Shown piece by piece: positions 37,478-51,179 of a stretch of DNA of 64,000 nt. How positions within the stretch are numbered: the first letter of the stretch is position 1; the number at the start of each line of letters is the position of its first letter. Origin of the DNA: Octopus bimaculoides (taxonomy: Eukaryota); the NCBI RefSeq assembly GCF_001194135.2, contig NC_068998.1, forward strand, positions 2,765,769 to 2,829,768. The letters run 5' to 3'. Made by a program: the position numbers and the translations under genes. The notes beneath the pieces are model-generated. The model had not been told where the DNA came from and did not search any database. It saw only the letters and a list, made by a program, of their open reading frames with translations.

Positions 37478-37843
37478 CCTTTCTACTGGAGGCACAAGGC
37501 TTAACATTTTTGGGGGGGAGAATTAAGTCGATTACATTGACCCCAGTGCATAACTGGTACATATTTAATTGACCCTAAAAGGATGAAAGGCAAAGTTGAC
37601 CTCAGCAGAATTTGAACTCAGAACACAGTGATAGGCAAAATACCACTAAGTATTTCGTCCAGCATGCTAATGATCCTGCCAGCTCGCCACCTTAATAATA
37701 ATAATAATAATAATAATAGTTTCAAATTTTGGCACATGGCCAGTAGTTTCAGAAGGAAAGGGATAATCAATTACATTGACCTCTGTATTTGGCAGATACT
37801 TATTTTATCGACCCCAAAAGGATGAATGACAAAGTTGACCTTG
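37478..37843 (-). mobile_element. Tandem pair of family B SINEs separated by (AAT)n
   Basis: Full copy at 37478-37693 and truncated copy at 37718-37843. Confidence 0.85.
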
Positions 37844-38174
37844 GGATCACTGGTGGCAGCAGCAGCAGCAGCAGCAACCATAGTCTTCATCTGAGGGATC
37901 TGCTGCTGTCTTCTATCTTATTTTTGTTTCAATTTTCCTCTTGCTTCCAATGGAAAGTCAAGTCACCTCTACTGCCACATATGTAGCAGCTAGGTCTTCT
38001 CTGCTCTGTCAGTTTTAATGACCCCTTTTCTGCTCCCAAAGGGGAACAAAACTAAATGCTGCAGGGCATTTAGTTCATTTAATGTAGCAGTATGTTTATC
38101 TCCATCACATACCAGTAGATTTAGACACCCTCTCAGTCAAACCACCTTTGACCCAGTGACACATCAAAGATGCT

Positions 38175-38207
<33 letters not shown>

Positions 38208-38725
38208 GAGAGAGAGAAAGAGAGAGACAGACACACAAGAGACAGAGAGCTGCATCAACACCAGACTGGTGGTCATTTACAGCCAAGTTGACTGAAACAA
38301 GATGAAATGAAGCAATTTGCTTGCATACACGTGCTGTCTTGTCTGGCAATTGAACCCCAACCTTATAATTGTGAACCCAATATGCTCACCACTAGGCCAT
38401 GTTCCCCAGTAACATGGGCAACTATCTGTAAACTACTGGTGGGGGTAGGGGTTAAGAATGAGAGATTAACAGATATTAGTCAAAACTAAAGCTAAACAAA
38501 AAAAAAATAAAAACAAACAAAAAAATAGTGATATGTATTAATTGGTTTAGTCTGTTATTTTTTTTTAGTTAAATAATTAACTACATACACTCACCACCAT
38601 TTAGGATATAAACCATCTTAGGTCATAAAATGTTGAAAAATATATATTCTCTGGTTGATGGGGAAAAACAGATAAATAATAGTAAATAAATATAAAAAAT
38701 ACATAAACAATAAATACATTTTTGA

Positions 38726-38760
<35 letters not shown>

Positions 38761-38836
38761 NNNNNNNNNNNNNNNNNNNNNNNNNNNNNNNNNNNNNNNN
38801 NNNNNNNNNNNNNNNNNNNNNNNNNNNNNNNNNNNN

Positions 38837-39570
38837 GGGGGAGAAAGGGCTACAGGTAGTTAAAAGTTTTCTTATGACGGCTTCTCTTCACTGCCTATTA
38901 CTTCATTAGAAATCTATGGATGCACTTACGCACATAATAGAGAAAAATTAAACAAATATGGACGACTTGCTCCGAAACACCACCGAGTGGGGAACACTTC
39001 ACAAAAATAACCTGCAGGTGTTTCCTTCAAAATTCCTACATGCTCGAATTGTACATACATCAAGGTATATTTGTAGAAAATTTCACGAAAAAATATTCAT
39101 TTTCCTGGAAGTTAAGAGGAATTTAAGTGGAATTTCCGAAAATTGTCCCCCACCCTCATCCCAAAACACTTTCACTGAAAATTTTTGTATATTCGGAATC
39201 TACATAATAAATAATGTATGCATAGAAAATTTCATAAAAAGATATTCATTTTTCTAAAAGTTATGACCTTCCAAAGTCGGTGGGTACAACTTTGTAGTTA
39301 TGCCACATTGACGAACGTGAATGATTGTGTTTACTTCCACGTGTATGCGTTTGCAAGAGCGAGAGAGGAAGAGGGGGAGATAGAGAACGGGAGCAATGTG
39401 TATGTTGTTGTCACAGATTACGTATGTGTGGTCGTGTGTGTTTTTACGTATCAATGTTATGAAAAATAGGTAACGAATACTGAGAAGAAAGTTTAATCTA
39501 TGACGTTGTATGTATCACTTTCTCTCTCTGTTGAGCGCGTGTGTAAGAACGCTGTCCCAGGTAGAAGGGA
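38837..39570. mobile_element. Unclassified, relatively CpG-rich DNA-transposon-like segment
   Basis: 41-bp imperfect direct repeat (39074-39114 / 39223-39263) and more CpG than the background; bounded by gaps. Confidence 0.35.
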
Positions 39571-40547
39571 AGAAATATAAAAGTTGCTAGAAACAACAGC
39601 CAAATCTTCCTTAAATCANNNNNNNNNNNNNNNNNNNNNNNNNNNNNNNNNNNNNNNNNNNNNNNNNNNNNNNNNNNNNNNNNNNNNNNNNNNNNNNNNN
39701 NNNNNNNNNNNNNNNNNNNNNNNNNNNNNNNNNNNNNNNNNNNNNNNNNNNNNNNNNNNNNNNNNNNNNNNNNNNNNNNNNNNNNNNNNNNNNNNNNNNN
39801 NNNNNNNNNNNNNNNNNNNNNNNNNNNNNNNNNNNNNNNNNNNNNNNNNNNNNNNNNNNNNNNNNNNNNNNNNNNNNNNNNNNNNNNNNNNNNNNNNNNN
39901 NNNNNNNNNNNNNNNNNNNNNNNNNNNNNNNNNNNNNNNNNNNNNNNNNNNNNNNNNNNNNNNNNNNNNNNNNNNNNNNNNNNNNNNNNNNNNNNNNNNN
40001 NNNNNNNNNNNNNNNNNNNNNNNNNNNNNNNNNNNNNNNNNNNNNNNNNNNNNNNNNNNNNNNNNNNNNNNNNNNNNNNNNNNNNNNNNNNNNNNNNNNN
40101 NNNNNNNNNNNNNNNNNNNNNNNNNNNNNNNNNNNNNNNNNNNNNNNNNNNNNNNNNNNNNNNNNNNNNNNNNNNNNNAAGCTAATCTATAAAACACTAA
40201 TCTAATCAGATTAAACTCCTCATTTAGATCATTCAAGCACAAAATGATGAGAAATATATCTGATTTACTGAAAGTTAATCCTTTACCATATAAACTATAT
40301 ATATATATATGTATATATATATATTTAGACACACATACACACACGCAAATGAAATATACCATACTTACATCATAATCATTTTACATCAGTTTTTCTTACG
40401 TTGTTGTGAGTTGGGTGGAGGGGGGGGGGGTCTTGCAACATTGCACAACCCCCCCCAGCATTTGCTATACCAATTCATCATCGAGTACACACAACCCCCC
40501 TCCCCCATGTTCATTATTGTATGTCAAAGCACGGATTTTACTGCTGG

Positions 40548-40870
40548 GGTGGAGGTGCATGGCTCAGTGGTTATGGTATTTGGCTCGTGGTCATAAGGTT
40601 GTGAGTTTAATTCTCAGAAGCATGTTGTGTCCTTGAGCAAGACACTCTATTTCACGTCCCTGCAATCCATTCAGCTGGCAAAAATCAGCTGTACCAGTAA
40701 TTAAGATGGGGTCAGCCTTGTCACATTCTGTGTCACACTAAATCTCCTTGGGAACTACGTTAAGGGCATGTGTGTCTGTGGAGTACTCAACCACTTGCAC
40801 GTCAACTGGGCAGGCTGTTTGTTGGTCAAATCAACCAGAACCCTCGTCATCATAACTAACGAAGTGCCAG
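40548..40870 (+). mobile_element. D-related SINE
   Basis: GTGGAGGTGCATGGCTCAGTGGTT head and GTCCTTGAGCAAGACACT box. Confidence 0.7.
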
Positions 40871-41074
40871 CTTTTACAGCTGGGTGCCCTTCCCCTTGTC
40901 ACAGAGGCCTTTATAGGGTTACTGAATCAGAAATAGCAGGCAAATTCCTTCAACTAACCCTCTACATGATATATGAGTGAATGAACAAATCAAAGAAGTG
41001 GCACTCAACGCATTTGGTAAGAGTCACATTATATTTTTGAATAAGTCATATGGAGCTGAGCCAAACTGTGTATA

Positions 41075-41148
<74 letters not shown>

Positions 41149-41461
41149 ATTTTAAGATATACATCTCTATAGACACATATACGTATATAAATGAATACGC
41201 CTCAATGTATGAATGTATGTTGTTAATAATGTCAAAATAAATAAATAATGTGAAAAACTGAAGAGAACACTGCAATCTCCGATGTTGTTATATAACAACG
41301 TTCAGTAATGTTGTGGAGTGACGATACAGTATGGAAGACCAGACGTGTCACCTGTATTGTCTAAAGCATTTACTTTGATTTTTGAAGTCTTTATCACAAA
41401 CACAGATCAACCAAAATTATTGAGTCCTGTAATTTAAAGCTTCTGGTGAATCAACAGATAC

Positions 41462-41495
<34 letters not shown>

Positions 41496-41699
41496 ATACA
41501 TACAGACAGACAGACAGACAGACAATAAACGTTTTACAGTTTCATTTGCAAGACTTTGGTCATCCCAGGTTACAGTAAAAGACACTAACCCAAAGCAACA
41601 CAACATGTATCTTTTAAAAAACAACAAAAAATCCCACAGACCATAAAACTCTATTTTAGTGTACATTTTATTTATTGCTTACTTTCTTGTAGTCAGCTT

Positions 41700-42172
41700 G
41701 GAACATGTTCATCGCTGTCAAGGAGGAGATGATAAATGGTAAAGAGGAACACAGCGGCAGCAGCAGAGAATGGTTGGGGCAGGGACGGGGGGGGGAATGG
41801 TAGGAAGAATGAGTTGAAGAGAGATGGCAGAGGGATTGGTAGAGGAAGTAGCAGAGATAATGGTAATTGTAATGCAAGGGTGATGCCAGATGGAATGGTA
41901 AAGGAAGAACGGAAGAGAGGGAAATGTATGGAGCAGCAGACTTCTCGTGTAAAAGTGCACAGTGAGTTGAATGTACCAAATATGGAGAGAAGAACACAAT
42001 ATGGATGTAGAGTCCATATATACTCCCAAGAGAAGCATATGCAGAAAAGATGGCACCAGAACCATATATATATACATATACATACACACACACATACATG
42101 TATCTATATATGTACGTACACATGAATACATACACATATATACATATATATATCTATATATGTATACACACA

Positions 42173-42222
<50 letters not shown>

Positions 42223-42750
42223 GATATATATAGATACACATATACATACATATACATGCACAAATGCACATATACATGCATAAAAGATGTGGACAGAAAA
42301 GAGTAAGCGAAAAAGATGTAGAGAGGAAGTGATGACTGGCAGCTGTCCAGCAGGGAGTGAGCATCACAAGTGGTGGTGGGTGTGGGGAAGGGGAGAAGAG
42401 ATGATTGATAGGGTGATAATTGAAGGGGGTCAGAGGAGGGAGGAGGTGGACACAGGTAGAGTGGTGAGGACAGACCAATACAGTCGCATAGACAGACCAA
42501 GCGAAGGACACTGGCAGATAGGGACCGGAGCAGGAGGGGGGGAATAGAATGACAGGGAGGTGGGGGACCGGAGCAGGAGGGAAGTAAAATGACGGGGATG
42601 GGGAGGGGGGCTTTGAAGTGGAGCGGCAGAGGGTGGGAACCATTCTTAGGCCATGAGCTTCATAGGTGGTGGGGAGATGTGAGAGAGTGAGATAGGGAAG
42701 GTGATCAACAGGTAGATAGGAGGAGGAGGGGTTTATCATCAGATCAGGAA
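41700..42750 (-). mobile_element. Probable decayed LINE-derived purine-rich segments interrupted by a microsatellite
   Basis: Composition like 24365-24960, with a shared TACCTGTGTCCA word on the minus strand; no clean protein motif. Confidence 0.3.
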
Positions 42751-42764
42751 TGCNNNNNNNNNNT

Positions 42765-42798
<34 letters not shown>

Positions 42799-43200
42799 GC
42801 AGGCCATCCAGAAATACTGTTTCTAGAAGCCATACTATTCTATGTACCTACCTTTTCTAAGATGGCTGTTATTTCTAGCACATCAACACTAAATTAATTC
42901 CTTCCTAATGCTGACCACACAAACCGATATCTGTACATGATAGCTTGACTTACAAGAAACAGTAGCCAAACATTCCTTATACTACATATTTACAGCTTAA
43001 AGAAAGACACATTGGAAAATGGAGCCAGGAGTAGGTTATTCTTGGAAAACAAAAGCAAAAAAAATATTACAGGATGGCCATAGTTGGAATGCCTTTGTTT
43101 ATAGATTTACTTGCTGAGAGCCATCCAAGAGTAAACAAGAATAAGATACATCTTGCAGAAAACCAACAGAGATTCTTTGGAAGTTATAATATTACCAAAT

Positions 43201-43236
<36 letters not shown>

Positions 43237-43654
43237 NNNNNNNNNNNNNNNNNNNNNNNNNNNNNNNNNNNNNNNNNNNNNNNNNNNNNNNNNNNNNNNN
43301 NNNNNNNNNNNNNNNNNNNNNNNNNNNNNNNNNNNNNNNNNNNNNNNNNNNNNNNNNNNNNNNNNNNNNNNNNNNNNNNNNNNNNNNNNNNNNNNNNNNN
43401 NNNNNNNNNNNNNNNNNNNNNNNNNNNNNNNNNNNNNNNNNNNNNNNNNNNNNNNNNNNNNNNNNNNNNNNNNNNNNNNNNNNNNNNNNNNNNNNNNNNN
43501 NNNNNNNNNNNNNNNNNNNNNNNNNNNNNNNNNNNNNNNNNNNNNNNNNNNNNNNNNNNNNNNNNNNNNNNNNNNNNNNNNNNNNNNNNNNNNNNNNNNN
43601 NNNNNNNNNNNNNNNNNNNNNNNNNNNNNNNNNNNNNNNNNNNNNNNNNNNNNN

Positions 43655-43705
<51 letters not shown>

Positions 43706-44855
43706 AAGAGAGAGAGAATATGGAATAGGAATATTAGGACTTTTTGGAGAAGCAACATGAATATTCTTCAATTCCTCTGAGATTGGCATTGGAAAGGAAA
43801 AACCAATGGAAAGAAAGATTAGCAGAGAGAGAAATTAACAAACTGTCATTTCTCAGTGTGCGTGTGTACGCACACACACACTTTATATATTGTGGAAAAT
43901 ATATATATATATATATCAACATAGTTAACTTACAAGATCAGTGAAATATAAAATATATCACACGTATAACACACACACACACATATTTTGGTTAAGTATC
44001 ATACAAAGACGATATGTTTCGTATGAGCTGTCATTTTAGACAGAAATATGAAAAAAAAAAATTATGCATTTCTCTTTAGTTGCTTTGGGTTTGTTTATTA
44101 TTTTTAATACTAGCATCATCATCATTATTATCGTCATTATTATCATTAATATTAATCTTGCTCAGAAATAGGATGAAATGGAGCTGTCTCTAAAAAAAAT
44201 GAAAGAAATAAATAAAAAAACAGCAGATATGGCAAATGCTTCCATTATTGTTTAGCTCCTGACCATTGTGCCTTACCCCAATTCCTACCTCATCAGATTG
44301 GAATATCTCTTCTTATTTAATTTATTGTCGAAGAGAAGCATTCCACTTCTCAGGTGACCATTCTGTTGCCAGCACCCTCAGTATGGCTGGTTAGGCGTAT
44401 CCTGGATGAGGATGCTAAGACAAACACGACAGAGATTTCTAGATGGTGAATAGGTGTGGGTACCATTTGTGAGAGGCATGTCTTTCTGCTGCTTATCTCA
44501 ATAGAACTGCAGTCTTGTTTGAAGCAAAGACCGAGACTGGGCACCTAACATTTAGAATTATATCAGGTATCAGGGTCAGGGGAAATTTCATTCTAGTAAT
44601 CTATGGTGGCAAACTGGCAGAATTATTAGCACTTTGGACAAAATGCTTAGAAGCATTTCTTCTGACTCTTCACATTCTGTGTTCTAATTCCACCAGGGTC
44701 AAATTTGCCTTCTATCCTTTGGAACCGTAAGAACATCGGGTGCTTCTATTGGAGTCTACTCTGTTGCAAGAACAAGGATTAGGGTCCCAGCTTAAGGGTA
44801 CCTCCCTCTCTCCTTGTCACCAGTCTTGGCAGCCCTGTAAAGAGTCATAGGCACT

Positions 44856-44919
44856 GCATTCCCTCCTACCTAAAAGCATTCCCTCCTACCTAAAAGCATT
44901 CCCTCCTACCTAAAAGCAT
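44856..44919. repeat. Perfect 20-bp triplication (GCATTCCCTCCTACCTAAAA)x3
   Basis: Directly visible. Confidence 0.95.
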
Positions 44920-45295
44920 AACAGAAGCAACAATTTGAGTGACCAATATAAACCTGATTAATATTGGCAAAGAAACAGAAACCTATGATTTAAAACCCTA
45001 CAGAGATTCAAGTCAAACAGCTTTTTTTTTTTTAATTCCTCTCCCCACCCCCTGCCGCCAATTCCCATAATAATCACTGTTCTCGTTAGAATTCTAAACA
45101 GATGTCAATTTAAAGTAATGCAATTCTTAAGTGCCTTATGGTTTATTAGACATGAGAATTGGTAAACGGCTTCGATTCCAGTTGAACATGACACTTCACT
45201 TGCATGCAACGAATTGCTGCTGGAGAACTCACCACTCACCCATCCTTGCCATTCTCACAGAAATCAATAATACAAGGAATTAATGGCATATAATA

Positions 45296-45326
<31 letters not shown>

Positions 45327-45342
45327 CAAAAATAATTGTTTC

Positions 45343-45400
<58 letters not shown>

Positions 45401-45548
45401 CATCCCTATATTCTAATTTTAGTGTATATACTGCCAAAGCAAATAATAATCTTAATAACAATAATAATAATTGTTTCTAATAAGGATAATAATAATCATC
45501 TCTGTATCATTCCAATTTTAGTATATGTACTGCTGAAGTAAGTAAATG

Positions 45549-45580
<32 letters not shown>

Positions 45581-45859
45581 TAAAAAAACTAATGATTTAC
45601 TTATTGCCACAGGATTGATGCAGGTGTGTGTGTGGGGGGGGGCATTATAGAGAGAAATTACAAAATGGTGGGTGGCTTTACTTTGAGTAGGATCAAAAAA
45701 GAATATGCTGCTGCTGCTACTACTACTACTAATAATAATAATAATACTTTCTACTATAGGCAAAAAGCCTGAAATTTGTGGGGAGGGGATAGTCAATTAC
45801 ATCAACCCCAGTGTGTAACTGGTACTTATGTGTTCATCTCAGATGGGGTTGATAACTGG

Positions 45860-46040
45860 CAGCTCCAGCATGGCCATAGCTGTAAAGTTTATTCCAGAAG
45901 ACTACACCAAGCTCTGCTGTCAGCTTCGACATAGTTTCTATGGATGAATGCCCTTCCTAAAAACTAACCACCTTGCAGAGTGTTCTGGGTCCCTTTTCTT
46001 TTAGTTGGCACCAGCAGCAGTGAGGTTACCAAGTAATTCA
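45860..46040 (-). mobile_element. Family C element (diverged)
   Basis: TTCTATGGATGAATGCCCTTCCTAA...TGGCACCAGCAG. Confidence 0.55.
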
Positions 46041-46229
46041 CAAGAGAAGACAAGGCCCCTCAGCCTAAGTATTGAAGGACAGAAAAAAGGAATCTTGCAT
46101 GAGAAGAGATACATGGCTGCCTCAGGTGGGGAGCGTGAGTAGAGAGAGATGACCCAAGGCTGTAGAAAATGATATTTACCCAAAATGCCATGCAGTGGAG
46201 TTGAACCCAAGAAAAAGGTATATAGATAT

Positions 46230-46403
46230 AGCAGTGGTACTTGTGCCATGTGAAAAGCACCCAGTACAGTCTGTGGAGTGGTTGGCTTTGGGAAGGGCAT
46301 CTGAGTGTGGAAACCATGTCAAAAGAGACAAAAGAACTTGGCATGATTCCTGGCCTGGCCAGTTCTGGCCAAACCGTCCAACCCATGCCAGCATGGAAAA
46401 TAA

Positions 46404-46436
<33 letters not shown>
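46230..46436 (+). mobile_element. Family C element
   Basis: AAAGCACCCAGTACA...GGAAGGGCATC...CCGTCCAACCCATGCCAGCATGGAAAA-(GAT)n. Confidence 0.75.
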
Positions 46437-46869
46437 TTTTCACCAAGTGCATCACTGGCACATTATGTAAGTAGACTGACTAAATTAATATCAGTTGTGG
46501 TGGTTATGGCCGGTGTCGTACATTAAAATACGTTTGAATATAGACAAAATAAGGAAAAAAGAGACAAAAATTGTGAGAGGGGGGAGGGGGAGAAGAAAAA
46601 GTTACATTGTGAGTTTTATGCCCTGTTTGTAATAGTTGTTGTTGTTGTTGCAATGTCTTTAATTGGTTCTTGGGAAGGAAACACACTGATGGAAGCTGTG
46701 GTTCCAACCAAGAATTAAAAAAAAGAAGTGGGCAGCAATTGTAATAGACAATAGCTCAAACCTAATTAATTAACTAACGAATGAAATTGAATTAACAGTA
46801 GATGATTAGTGAGTTGTGCATGGAACAACACACAATAACAGTAACAAAAATAATAATAATAATAAAGAT

Positions 46870-47080
46870 AATTCTTGCTAATTTTGGCACAAAGCCAGCT
46901 GCTTAGAGGGGAGGGGCTTAAGTCAGTTACACTGGCCCCCAGTGTTCAACTGGTACTTATTTTATCAACCCCGAAAGGTAAAGTCTACTTTGGCAGAATT
47001 TGAACTCAGAATGTAAAGAGAGACAAAATGCCACTAAGTATTTTGTCTCATGTGTTAACGGTTCTGCCAGCTTGCTGCTT
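46870..47080 (-). mobile_element. Family B SINE
   Basis: Matches the other B copies; followed by (AAT)n. Confidence 0.8.
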
Positions 47081-47579
47081 TAATAATAATAATAATAATA
47101 ATAATAATCTCAACAAGAATCCAAAGGAAAGCTAAAGGTTACAAATGAAGTATTTTGTCAATGGCTACTTTTTGTGGTTAAAACTAAAGTCTGCTACACC
47201 TTCCTTCCTTCCTTATTTCCTACATTAAGCTAATATAGTTTCTTTGTTTCTATTTTATCTCAATTGTGTAAACAAAAGCAAAAACAAAGAGAGAGAGAGA
47301 GAGCCTTCTCATCCTCACTGAAATTAATCTAAAAACAGAAAAAAAAAACCCCACTTGATAGAATGAATAAATAAGTCTTTGGAAACATTGCTGCCAATAA
47401 TAACAACAACAACAACAACAACAAAATGAAAGAAAAGGAATCAATGATTACATTTCAATATAACCAGACACACAAGGGAAAATGAGGTGAGGCAGTTGGC
47501 TTTTCTTTCCATTTTTTGCATATCTTTTTTTGAAAAAATTTGTTCCTTCCCTCCTTTAAGAAGTGAAGTGATAGTCTTT

Positions 47580-47762
47580 GTAGCAATAATGTTCCATATT
47601 TTCCGTAATCTTCAACTCAAACATGGCAGTTCCTGTTTTCTTTGAGAATTTCGAAACGGATAACATTTTTTTTTTATAATTTTTTATTTTTTAAATGAAA
47701 GATAAAATTAAACAAACCAGCACCGATGAAAACATAACCTCCTTCCTTGGCAGAGGTGATAA
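47580..47762 (-). mobile_element. Helentron/HINE-like non-autonomous element end
   Basis: The minus strand begins TTATCACCTCTGCCAAGGAAGGAGGTTATGTTTTCATCGG, like the TTATTACCTCCGCCAAGGAGGTTATGTTTT stem-loop terminus of such elements. Confidence 0.45.
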
Positions 47763-47767
47763 ATATA

Positions 47768-48320
47768 TAAGCACAGGCATGGCTGTGTGGTTTTAAAGCT
47801 CACTATGAAATCGGACAGTTCTGGGTTCAGTCCCCCTGTGTGGCACCTTGGGCAAGTGTCTTCTACAACAGCCTTGCGTCAACCAAAACCTTGTAAGTGG
47901 ATTTGGTAGATGGAAACTGGAAGAAGCCCATCATATTTGTGTATCATCACAATCATCATCATCATTTAACGTCTTTTCTCCATGCTGGCATGGATTGGGC
48001 AGTTTGACAAGAGCTGACAAGCCAGAGGGCTATGCCAGCTTCTATTGTCTGTTTTGGCAAGGCTTCTATGGCGAGATGCCCTTCTTAAGGGGTTCTGGGG
48101 AATGAAGGGAGAGGTCTGAGGAATATGTCTGTGTCTGGGTTTGAGAACTGGTGTTGGTGTGCTTACATCCCCACAACTTTGCTGTTCAGCAAAAGACATT
48201 GATAGAATAAGCACCGTGTTTTAAAAAAGAAATAGGTCAATTTGCTTGACTAAAACCCTTCGACACAATGCCCCAGCATGGCCACAGTCCAATGACTGAA
48301 ACATGGAAAAGACAAAAGAA
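47768..48320 (+). mobile_element. Family A SINE with a family C element (47945-48085, minus) nested in its linker
   Basis: A 5' half, then the C insert, then the A 3' half resumes at ~48130. Confidence 0.8.
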
Positions 48321-48901
48321 AGATATATTTGTCTAAAGCAGTAAACGAAGTTTGTTTAATACTTTTAAAAAAATTGAAGGTTAAAATAATTAAAGAAAAA
48401 AATTGATTTAAATTAAATAATTTTTAAAAAGAAGTTAAGCAACAAAATGTTATTTTTTAAAAATTTTGAATTGTAATTTCAATCTAATTTAAGAGTTCTA
48501 CAAATGTGTTTCAGTGATTAATCGATATACAGCTTCAGTGATTGGTCGTTAAGTTGATTAGAGGATTTAATCACTTTGTTACTCAATAGATTTAGGAAGA
48601 ACAAAGAAGCTGAGTTGGTATGTAACTTAATACCAGCAGGAATCAACACACACACACACATATATACATATATGCATACAATATATGCATATATATACAC
48701 ACATATATACAGACACACATACACACACACATACACACACATATACACACATACATACATACATACATACATACATACATACACATACAGACACATACAT
48801 ACACATACATATCGTCATCGTTTAACATCCGCTTTCCATGCTGGCATGGGTTGGACAGTTTGACTGAGGGCTGGCGAGCCAGAAGGCTGCACCAGGCTCC
48901 A

Positions 48902-48932
<31 letters not shown>

Positions 48933-49569
48933 CGTGTGTGTGTGTGTGCGTGTGTGTGATGGTTCTCCTTTCAGTTTCTGTCTACCAAATTCACTCCTGG
49001 CCTATAGAAGAGACTTGCAGTGGGGTTGAACCTAAAACCACATAGCTGGACAGCAAACTTCTTAACCACACAACCACACCACACTTACAGCTTTTATATG
49101 TGTGTGTGTGTGTGTGTATGTGTGTGTGTGTGTGCATCTACACACACACACACACACACACATGTGCGCATGTGCAGTTTAGTGCAAACCATTGGCAAAA
49201 AAGAGTGCATGATACGACAGTAATAGTTTTATTTTGGTTGAACAAGTCTCTTGTTACTTTGAGTTTCGTTTGCAGAAGCATAGAGTCTTCAGGCAAGTTG
49301 ACTGAAGAAATGATGGAATTTGCACGTCGGTATTTCTATATAGGATTCCTGTCAGAGTATGGAAGTCAAAAGGAAATGGAAGAAAAGGAAAAGAAGAATC
49401 AAAAGGAAAAGATAAAATGGAAAAAAGTAAGAAAAAAGAAGAAAAATAAATCTATCTATCTATCTATAAATATATACCCCCCACACACACATACATACAA
49501 GCATGCACAGGTCAGAAAACTGAACTTTGAGAATCATCACAAGAGTGATTCTAAGGAATCAGAGATAGC

Positions 49570-49760
49570 CATCATCATCCTTTAATGCCTATTTTTCCAT
49601 GCTGGCATGTGTTGGACAGTTTGACCAAAGCTGGGAAGCTGCACCAGGTTCCAGTCTGATTTGGTTTGGTTTCTATGGCTAGATGTCCTTCCTAATGCCA
49701 ACCACTTTACAGAAGGTGCTGGGTGCTTTTTAACATGCCACTGGCACGATGTGCCACCAA
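49570..49760 (-). mobile_element. Family C element
   Basis: CATCATC...TTTCCATGCTGGCATG...CCTAATGCCAACCAC. Confidence 0.75.
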
Positions 49761-49842
49761 ATTGTTGCTGTGATCTTCCCTTTGAAAAAAAAAATGGAAC
49801 CACTTCTCAGAAGACTGAAAAGTACCACCAGTTTCTTTGTAG

Positions 49843-49906
49843 GAAGAAGAATACCACAATTAAGTGCCATTAAGAAGCAAAAAGCCCAGAATTCAAGAAC
49901 TCAGAT
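49843..49906 (+). CDS. Candidate exon (64 nt), product unknown
   Basis: Acceptor CAGTTTCTTTGTAG, donor AT|GTAAGA, one open frame RRIPQLSAIKKQKAQNSRTQ. Confidence 0.2.
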
Positions 49907-50561
49907 GTAAGAAATATTATTAGCCATATTAACAGATGTTGCTGAAGACTACGTCTTTGGATTCTCTCATGCTGAGTTCCAGACAATAACATGTGTCAAT
50001 TCCCTTCAAGACCTTTGTACAATGTTGGCAATGTCTTGGAAGAAGACAACAAACTTTTGCAAGTGAGAGGTGTCAATTGATCATCTCAACCAAATGAGTT
50101 GAGTAGGTGTTGTCTGACCCCAGGTGAGACCTGGTTAAGCAGACCTATGATCAAAACTGCTTCAGTTATGGCCATCTCATATAATTTTCAGGAATGGTCC
50201 AACACAGATTACGTTATCTTGTCTGTGTTCCTTGCTTTTCTTTTCATTAAAAGACAATAAGGTGTCGTTTGAGGAAGATTTGGCTGCTATTTCTAACACC
50301 TTAGATGAAATTGAAAAAGTATAAAAAGTGACCTACTTGGTACAGGAAGAGGCACAGGTGCCACTCTGTCACTGATCAACATACCATAAGCTGTGGTTTA
50401 ACAAAAAAATAAACACATCAAAAATGAGATACACATTCACACACACACAAATACACACGCATAAACACATACACACACACACACAAACACACATAAACCC
50501 ACAAAACATTTGGCATTATTTTATGTAAATGCAAAAGATTCTTAAGGCCCGGATGAAACAG

Positions 50562-50781
50562 TTAACCATTTTGATACCAACCCACCTGAGACCACCCCCA
50601 CTGGTTCTATGATACAAGCTTCTTGTTTTAATCTGATCTAAACATCAAAATACTTCAATTTAATTTATATTCCAAACATCAGCTTAATAATGACAAACTT
50701 ATTTGACTAAATTCTTCATTATTTTCAAAATTGAAACAAAGGCAACATATTTCAACAGAAATACGATAAGAAAAGGGTTAA
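50562..50781. mobile_element. piggyBac-like MITE, complete
   Basis: TTAA at both ends (50562-50565, 50778-50781); TIR CCATTTT / AAAAGGG; second copy at 27548. Confidence 0.7.
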
Positions 50782-51179
50782 AGTTATCTAGATTATATTA
50801 ATTTACATTACAATCGCCAGCTCAATAATGACTAAGTTATTTTATCTAATTATTCATTATTTTAAAAATGAATTGAGACAAAGATTATGTAGTCATTTCT
50901 GATGATTGCCAGAGTTAGTTCTCAATTTCTGGTATGAAACCATTTGGAAAATTGGCTACAATGAGGCTATAACATTGTATTCTATTATTATGGTTAATGA
51001 TAATAATACACCCACTACAAACTAATGTATGTCTTAGGTTTGTCATGAGCCTACAGGCTGGAGTTTAACCCAGGGTGAGTGATCAAGATTAAAATACACA
51101 GAATGACCTAAATAGGACACCAGTTGGTCTCAGGGCTAACTGCTCTGGCTGTTTCCATATGTTCAGGATTATGTGATCA

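Noticed and set aside
38050-38075. 10-bp perfect hairpin AACTAAATGC-TGCAGG-GCATTTAGTT
   Set aside because: Short and AT-rich; expected occasionally by chance, with no supporting context.
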